64,000 nt of DNA from a virus (lineage: Duplodnaviria; Caudoviricetes), in IMG/VR virus record IMGVR_UViG_3300046710_000261, positions 1 to 64,000 of that record. One strand, 5' to 3'. Below the pieces are notes generated by a model, which searched no databases, was not told where the DNA came from, and worked only from the letters and a program-made list of their open reading frames with translations. A program made the position numbers and the translations under genes. Below, piece by piece: positions 58,769 to 64,000 of the stretch (its first letter is position 1; each line of letters starts with the position of its first letter).

Positions 58769-60511
58769 TTACAGGGTTGCGGGGTTTTTAATATCACACA
58801 GTCCCTTACACTCGATATCTTCCGCTGACATGAAATCTTCAGATTTTTCTTTTTTCAAAACTTCAATAGTTTCTTCTTTGCTCAATTTATTATATATTTG
58901 ACCTTCCCGTGATCCTTCAGTATAAACAGTTACGCCCTTGAGGTCACGCAAAAATTCTTGGAGTAAAATATCCAATTGTTGGGGTGTAGTTTTGGCGGGT
59001 AAGTTAATCGTTTTTGAAACGGCTCCGTCCACGTATCGTTGAACTATCGCTTGAACTTCCAAATGTTCTTTCGGAGTTAATTCTGACGCATCCACAAACC
59101 AATCTGGAATGGGTTGTTTGTTGATAAGCAATTCTTTGTATTTTGGGTGAATATAAATTCTTTCTCCAACTCTGTCTTTTCTTCTGTAAGATTTATATGG
59201 CAATGGCTCAATTCCTGATGATACTTCGGGCAATAGGCTTATCGTCCCTGTGGGTGCGATTGATAATCCAGTAACACAACGCACACCTTTATTTTTTATG
59301 TCGATGCGTAACTGGGCAGGAAGTTTTCTAACAAAAGATGCGTTGCCATAAGCAACAGGATCGAATTTTGGGAATGACCCCTTTTCTACTGACAACTCAA
59401 TAAGAGTTTCGTATACGACATCCCGGATAAAACGCATTAATTTTTCTATTTCCAATATGCTGTCTTTTGAGCCATATCTGATTTCTTTAGCAAATAGATA
59501 TTCTGCTAAACCCATTATTCCAACTCCAATCCTGCGAGAATTGTGTGCTTTAATATCTATTTCCTTCAAAGAATATCTGTTTACATCTATTACATCATCC
59601 AAAAATCTAACGGCAAGTTTTATTGTTCCTTCCAGTTTTTTCCAGTTCGTATTTATATTGCCTGTAATGAAATTGGGCAATACCAGTGAGCCTAAATCGC
59701 AGGAGCCATAATTTTCCAGAACGGCCTCACCGCACGGATTTGTGGTCACGACGGGGTCATAATAATACGAGTTGTTCTTAAACAGATTTGTGCTATTCAA
59801 TAATCCTGGTTCTGCGACAGTAACCATATTTTTGATAATCATGTTCCATAGGTCTTTTGCCTTTACATGACCATATTCTTTCTGTTTGAATTTGAATGTC
59901 CATTCACCATTGCTCTCTACTGTCTTCATAAATTGTTCATTGACTAATACTGAAATGTTAAAGTGGGATATTTTCTTGTCTACAAGTTTGGCATTGATGA
60001 AGTTTACTATTTCGGGATGGGATACATCACAACATGCTAATCCAGCGGCTCGTCTCTGGCCTCCGCTTTCTATTGGTTTGGCAACCGCATCAGACATTTC
60101 GATAAAAGAAACCATTCCGCTTGAACTTCCGCCTTTGCCCGATATTGGGTCTCCACACGGGCGCAAGGGTGAGAAATTACATCCAACTCCACCACCTTCA
60201 GACCATAAAACAAGACAGTCTGAAAGAAATCGTCCTATTTCCTCAATGCTGTCTCCAATAGGCAACGCATAACAATTTAGCAGGCTGCCCTTTTGCTTTC
60301 CCGCGTTTCGCAATATTCTTCCAGCAGGAATAAAATCCATGTTATATATCATCTCATGGAATTTTTCGGCATATAACTTCTTATCTTTTTCTACGCTTGC
60401 TATTGCGTCTGCCACCCTGACTGTTGCTGTTTCCCAATTCTCACCATTATTAAAATATCGCGCCATTGCCACTTCTTCCGCATTTGCTGATAATTCTATC
60501 TTCTTCGACAT
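58769..60511 (-). CDS. nrdJ: class II (B12-dependent) ribonucleotide reductase
   Basis: FIPAGRIL, LLNCY, GGGVG, RRAA, TNPCGE, APTGTIS, VSKTIN, C-terminal Cys pair; no small-subunit gene adjacent. Confidence 0.85.
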   Translation of the reverse strand: MSKKIELSANAEEVAMARYFNNGENWETATVRVADAIASVEKDKKLYAEKFHEMIYNMDFIPAGRILRNAGKQKGSLLNCYALPIGDSIEEIGRFLSDCLVLWSEGGGVGCNFSPLRPCGDPISGKGGSSSGMVSFIEMSDAVAKPIESGGQRRAAGLACCDVSHPEIVNFINAKLVDKKISHFNISVLVNEQFMKTVESNGEWTFKFKQKEYGHVKAKDLWNMIIKNMVTVAEPGLLNSTNLFKNNSYYYDPVVTTNPCGEAVLENYGSCDLGSLVLPNFITGNINTNWKKLEGTIKLAVRFLDDVIDVNRYSLKEIDIKAHNSRRIGVGIMGLAEYLFAKEIRYGSKDSILEIEKLMRFIRDVVYETLIELSVEKGSFPKFDPVAYGNASFVRKLPAQLRIDIKNKGVRCVTGLSIAPTGTISLLPEVSSGIEPLPYKSYRRKDRVGERIYIHPKYKELLINKQPIPDWFVDASELTPKEHLEVQAIVQRYVDGAVSKTINLPAKTTPQQLDILLQEFLRDLKGVTVYTEGSREGQIYNKLSKEETIEVLKKEKSEDFMSAEDIECKGLCDIKNPATL

Positions 60512-60580
60512 TTATTCTCCATAAAGTAATAAAGGACAATAAATGTCCTCTATCACAATCAATATTATTATGTTATATAA

Positions 60581-62737
60581 TTATTTTGTTTCTAAAATAG
60601 TTCTAAATTTTGATGGTTCTTTTACTGTAGGTTTCAATATTTCAGCCCAATCATCTTTTTCTTCTTCTTCCAATATTAGTCTATTGAGAAGATTGTTCAA
60701 TTCAATGCTTTCTTTCTTTGCTTTGCCATATATTTTTTCGTCTGCTTCTTTCATTTTATTGGCAAACCTTTTATCAATATGCATCATCAAATCAAAGTTT
60801 ACCGTTCCCGAACCGTGACCGATGATTTCAAGTTTGCTGATAGGAATAACTTCCTTTTTGGTTTTTGTCTGATATCCAATATATGGCAGTCTTTCAGAAT
60901 GTATCAGAACCAATCTTTCGGTTATCTCATTCCAATTCGATGTTCCAAATATTTCTTTGGATGTGTTTTTATCAAAAGATATATCACCGACCACCATTGG
61001 TTCTGACCCATCCAATGCTGATGCTATAGGCAATTCATCGGTTATCTTTTTCATCAACCCTTTTTTAAGTTTTGGGTTCTTAGCCAATTCTTCATAACAT
61101 GGAAGTCTGAAATCTCTTTCATCTTGTGCTATTCCTTCTAAGAATTTCTCAGCATTTTTATCCTTCAATGCTCTGATTGCCAAGATAGCACCCTTCATTA
61201 TTGGTCTGTTTTTTGGATTTGTAATATCATCAAATTCCAGCCCCTCTTTTTCCATATGGGCCTTTACATCTTCGTCTTTTTCCATTGCCTTCTTTACTTC
61301 TTTTTGATGTTTCAGTAGATAATCTCTTACTTTGGCTTTCTTTTTGTTTATAAATTCTGTCTGGTCGAATTTCTTATTCAGTTTTTCGTCCCATTTCTTC
61401 AATTCTCCCAAACCACCAGTTTTCAGTTTGGCATCAGCACTTTTCTTCAAAGATACTTCTTCTAATCTGACACCTTCTTTCGTTTTGATTTTGTAGAATA
61501 CATCTGCTGTGTCTTCAACATTGGAAAGAGGGTTTTGAAGACCTATTGCTTCTAGGTCTTCTGGGAAATCCCACGCGCCCGCTATAATATCTTTATCAGG
61601 ATCAAATCCCTTATTATCATATTTCCATCTTTTATGATTTGCTTCTCTATTCTTGACTGCTGCAATTAACCATGACCTATCAATAAATCCATGGTTGCCT
61701 TCTCCCCTTTCATCAAGTTTTTGTTCTACCCCTCTTTGAAATTCTGCTACTTCAGTATCATTCATACATGTTGCCATCAAAGACATTAATTCACCAGGAA
61801 GAGATGCTTCTGCTCCCTTTGGTGCCCTTCCTGTATCAGGCCCTAAGATATGAGAGAAAGTTACACCACCTTCAGTCTTTGTGTTCATCAGTCTTTCAAA
61901 TATTTGAGCATATCTTTTCGGTATCTTTCCTTTTTCAATACATGCCATTTTAGGAAATACATATGGCTTTCCTGGCATATTCAAGTTTTTCCCGCTGAAG
62001 TTGTTGTTTCGTTCTGTAAATTCTTTATTTGATTCTTTTAGATTTCTTGTATATTCTTTTTCTTTTGCAGTATCAACTTTGACAAGAGTTTTATTTTTGC
62101 CTTTGATTATTCTTTCTTCTGTTTCATATTTTGGTTTTCCAACTGCTGTTTTTACTTTTGAGGGTTTTACATTCCCTTTGGTTTCGGCATTTCCTTTGAT
62201 GGCCCCTGCCTTTTGATCGTTACTGCCGGCTTCTTTATCTGACTTGGATTTTGTGGTTTCTCCACGTTGTTCTTGTTCGGTCCCTTTCCCTGATTTGACA
62301 TTTTTCTCCCCTCCTGGAACTTCTTTTTCCAATGCTTTTTTAACCTTTGATGGTTTTTCTTCTTCAGGTTCCTCTTTTGGCACTTGCCCTGGTTTCAACC
62401 CTTTTTCTTTTTCAATCTGTTTGATTTTTGCTTCTTTTTCATCATTTTCCTTTTTCTTTGCTTCTAATTCACCCTGGCCCTTATCGCCACCACCTACAGC
62501 TTTCTTTACCTTTGATTCCCCTGGTTCTTTTTCCTTTCCTGATAATTCTTTCCCTGCTTCTCCTGCCTTTTTGGTTACTTTTTTATCTGTTCCCTTGTGG
62601 GTTTGAAGATATTCTTTTTGGGCATTGAAACTAAGGTCAGTCCACCATGCAGGATATTTGGGGTCGCTCTTTGACCTTTCTGCTTTCTTGAATGGTGCCT
62701 TTACTTTTTCATTTAGCAAGAAATTTCTTATTTTCAT
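60581..62737 (-). CDS. putative internal head protein with Lys/Glu-rich linker and nuclease-like motif
   Basis: N-terminus MKIRNFLLNE resembles the T4 capsid-targeting sequence; TADVFY...EVSLK. Confidence 0.5.
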   Translation of the reverse strand: MKIRNFLLNEKVKAPFKKAERSKSDPKYPAWWTDLSFNAQKEYLQTHKGTDKKVTKKAGEAGKELSGKEKEPGESKVKKAVGGGDKGQGELEAKKKENDEKEAKIKQIEKEKGLKPGQVPKEEPEEEKPSKVKKALEKEVPGGEKNVKSGKGTEQEQRGETTKSKSDKEAGSNDQKAGAIKGNAETKGNVKPSKVKTAVGKPKYETEERIIKGKNKTLVKVDTAKEKEYTRNLKESNKEFTERNNNFSGKNLNMPGKPYVFPKMACIEKGKIPKRYAQIFERLMNTKTEGGVTFSHILGPDTGRAPKGAEASLPGELMSLMATCMNDTEVAEFQRGVEQKLDERGEGNHGFIDRSWLIAAVKNREANHKRWKYDNKGFDPDKDIIAGAWDFPEDLEAIGLQNPLSNVEDTADVFYKIKTKEGVRLEEVSLKKSADAKLKTGGLGELKKWDEKLNKKFDQTEFINKKKAKVRDYLLKHQKEVKKAMEKDEDVKAHMEKEGLEFDDITNPKNRPIMKGAILAIRALKDKNAEKFLEGIAQDERDFRLPCYEELAKNPKLKKGLMKKITDELPIASALDGSEPMVVGDISFDKNTSKEIFGTSNWNEITERLVLIHSERLPYIGYQTKTKKEVIPISKLEIIGHGSGTVNFDLMMHIDKRFANKMKEADEKIYGKAKKESIELNNLLNRLILEEEEKDDWAEILKPTVKEPSKFRTILETK

Positions 62738-62738
62738 A

Positions 62739-62957
62739 TTAATTCCTTAATAATCTATGAATTATATCATCATATTCTTTTTTAAGATTTAGTATTTTAG
62801 AAAGCACACTTTCAGCATAATCCAATTGTCTTTTATTTTTTGCATCAGTAATAACATCTATTTTCTTATCTATTATATTGATTTCTGCTATAGTAACTTG
62901 ATAACTATTCTTTTCAAATTCTGTATTTTTTTCATTTATGAATATGTTGAATTTCAT
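62739..62957 (-). CDS. putative small internal head protein
   Basis: N-terminus MKFNIFINE resembles the capsid-targeting sequence. Confidence 0.45.
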   Translation of the reverse strand: MKFNIFINEKNTEFEKNSYQVTIAEINIIDKKIDVITDAKNKRQLDYAESVLSKILNLKKEYDDIIHRLLRN

Positions 62958-62965
62958 ATTTTATC

Positions 62966-63853
62966 CTAATATAACATCATCAATTTATTTTCTACTTTAT
63001 CATACTCATCCAAAAAACCTTTGAATTTATTCCTGCTAAAGAATTTATACATATTACTTGGATTGGGTAATTCGTATGTTTCATATTGGTTCAAAATCCT
63101 CTTTCTTATTACTTGAGGGATTTTTCTAAAATCAACTAAAATTTTATTTGCCTTATATCTTTCTACAAGGTTGTTATCTTCAATCCACTTTTCAACACCT
63201 TCCGCCATAACAACTCGAAGCATTTTATCACCAAATGATGGTTTTCTCTTTCCTGCTGGCCAATCTAAAGGTGTTCTTATATTGAATATATCGTCTTTCT
63301 TCTGCCCCATCAAACATAATTTAGCAATAAATTTTTCTGTATTTTCTTCCTTTATATATGTCTCTTCATTAGGGCAAAACAATTTTACATTTGGCAATCC
63401 TGTCAGTTGAAGAAAATCTTCATCATTGGAAATAATGACATAATCATTCTCTGGTTTATCCATACATAATATAGCGATTATATCATCTGCTTCTGCCGAT
63501 TGAATTTTTATTGTTTTGAACGGCAAATTTTCTCGTAACTCATCTGTAAAATTATTCAATTCATCAAAAAATACTTGCCAGTTGACACCTTTTGTTTTAT
63601 CTCTTTGTATTTTCCTGGATTCTTTATATCTTTTCCAGTACACTTTTCTCCAAGAGATAAAATCATCAACCGCCAGAACTACACCAGAGACATTATTCGC
63701 CTTATATAAAGAACGATATACATTATTGATAATCATGTATTTCCATAACTGGAAGTTTGGTTCCGCTTGTTCCAAACTTACTTCTTTTGTGAAAAATACT
63801 CTGTATACAAGATTGTTGAAATCAACCAAAATTACATTTTTTCTATCCAACAC
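62966..63853 (-). CDS. rnh: T4 RNase H-like 5'-3' exonuclease
   Basis: LVDFNNL, SWRK..YKESR, AEADDII, ISNDEDFLQL, N..LVDF..IP. Confidence 0.9.
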   Translation of the reverse strand: MLDRKNVILVDFNNLVYRVFFTKEVSLEQAEPNFQLWKYMIINNVYRSLYKANNVSGVVLAVDDFISWRKVYWKRYKESRKIQRDKTKGVNWQVFFDELNNFTDELRENLPFKTIKIQSAEADDIIAILCMDKPENDYVIISNDEDFLQLTGLPNVKLFCPNEETYIKEENTEKFIAKLCLMGQKKDDIFNIRTPLDWPAGKRKPSFGDKMLRVVMAEGVEKWIEDNNLVERYKANKILVDFRKIPQVIRKRILNQYETYELPNPSNMYKFFSRNKFKGFLDEYDKVENKLMMLY

Positions 63854-64000
63854 AATATCAAACCCCTATTCCTTTGCTTCAAGTCTTTTTTTAAGTTGCT
63901 CTATTTTTTCTTTTTTTGCCTTCACAAGATAATCATCATAGGGCTTCCAATCTCCCTTCCTGCTTTTTTTCATTGTTGCTATATCTTTTTCTAACTCTTT

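Noticed and set aside
1-64000. CRISPR array, rRNA, IS elements, alternative genetic code
   Set aside because: No regularly spaced repeats, rRNA or transposase seen. Conserved genes are intact in code 11, with TAG, TGA and TAA all used as stops.
7800-64000. + strand ORFs in the track after 7.8 kb (e.g. 37177..37830, 41416..41934) and - strand ORFs before it
   Set aside because: Antisense shadows of well-supported genes, with no motifs.

Overview
AT-rich, gene-dense 64-kb segment of a large T4-like (jumbo-type) dsDNA phage using the standard genetic code. A Gram-negative host is inferred from the i/o-spanin pair, an OprB-type porin and IHF-consensus sites. Genes run on + up to ~7.8 kb and on - thereafter. 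Recognisable genes include ThyX, NrdJ, gp61-like primase, T4 RNase H, RtcB, tRNA-Thr(GGT) and two HNH/EndoVII nucleases. There is also a large surface-glycan toolkit: Gmd with an intein, a perosamine-type aminotransferase, NeuB/NeuA, a HAD phosphatase, two GT42/Maf-like proteins, GT2/GT4/GT9-like transferases, and methyl- and acetyltransferases. The most unusual features are: (1) about 30 microproteins, mostly Cys/His-rich with hypervariable bodies, sharing a C-terminal tag ([FY]x[IL]x[IL]Px[ED]xFx[IL]) and arranged in translationally coupled arrays with signs of recombination at the tag; (2) a tRNA-Gly(TCC)-like cloverleaf inside the 5' coding region of a Mom-family DNA hypermodification gene, in a nuclease-radical SAM-Mom cassette; (3) stand-alone microproteins that copy conserved motifs of the T4-type portal and major capsid proteins; (4) three structured non-coding RNA candidates, one with its own promoter and terminator. 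All family assignments come from motif recognition by eye; no database searches were run.
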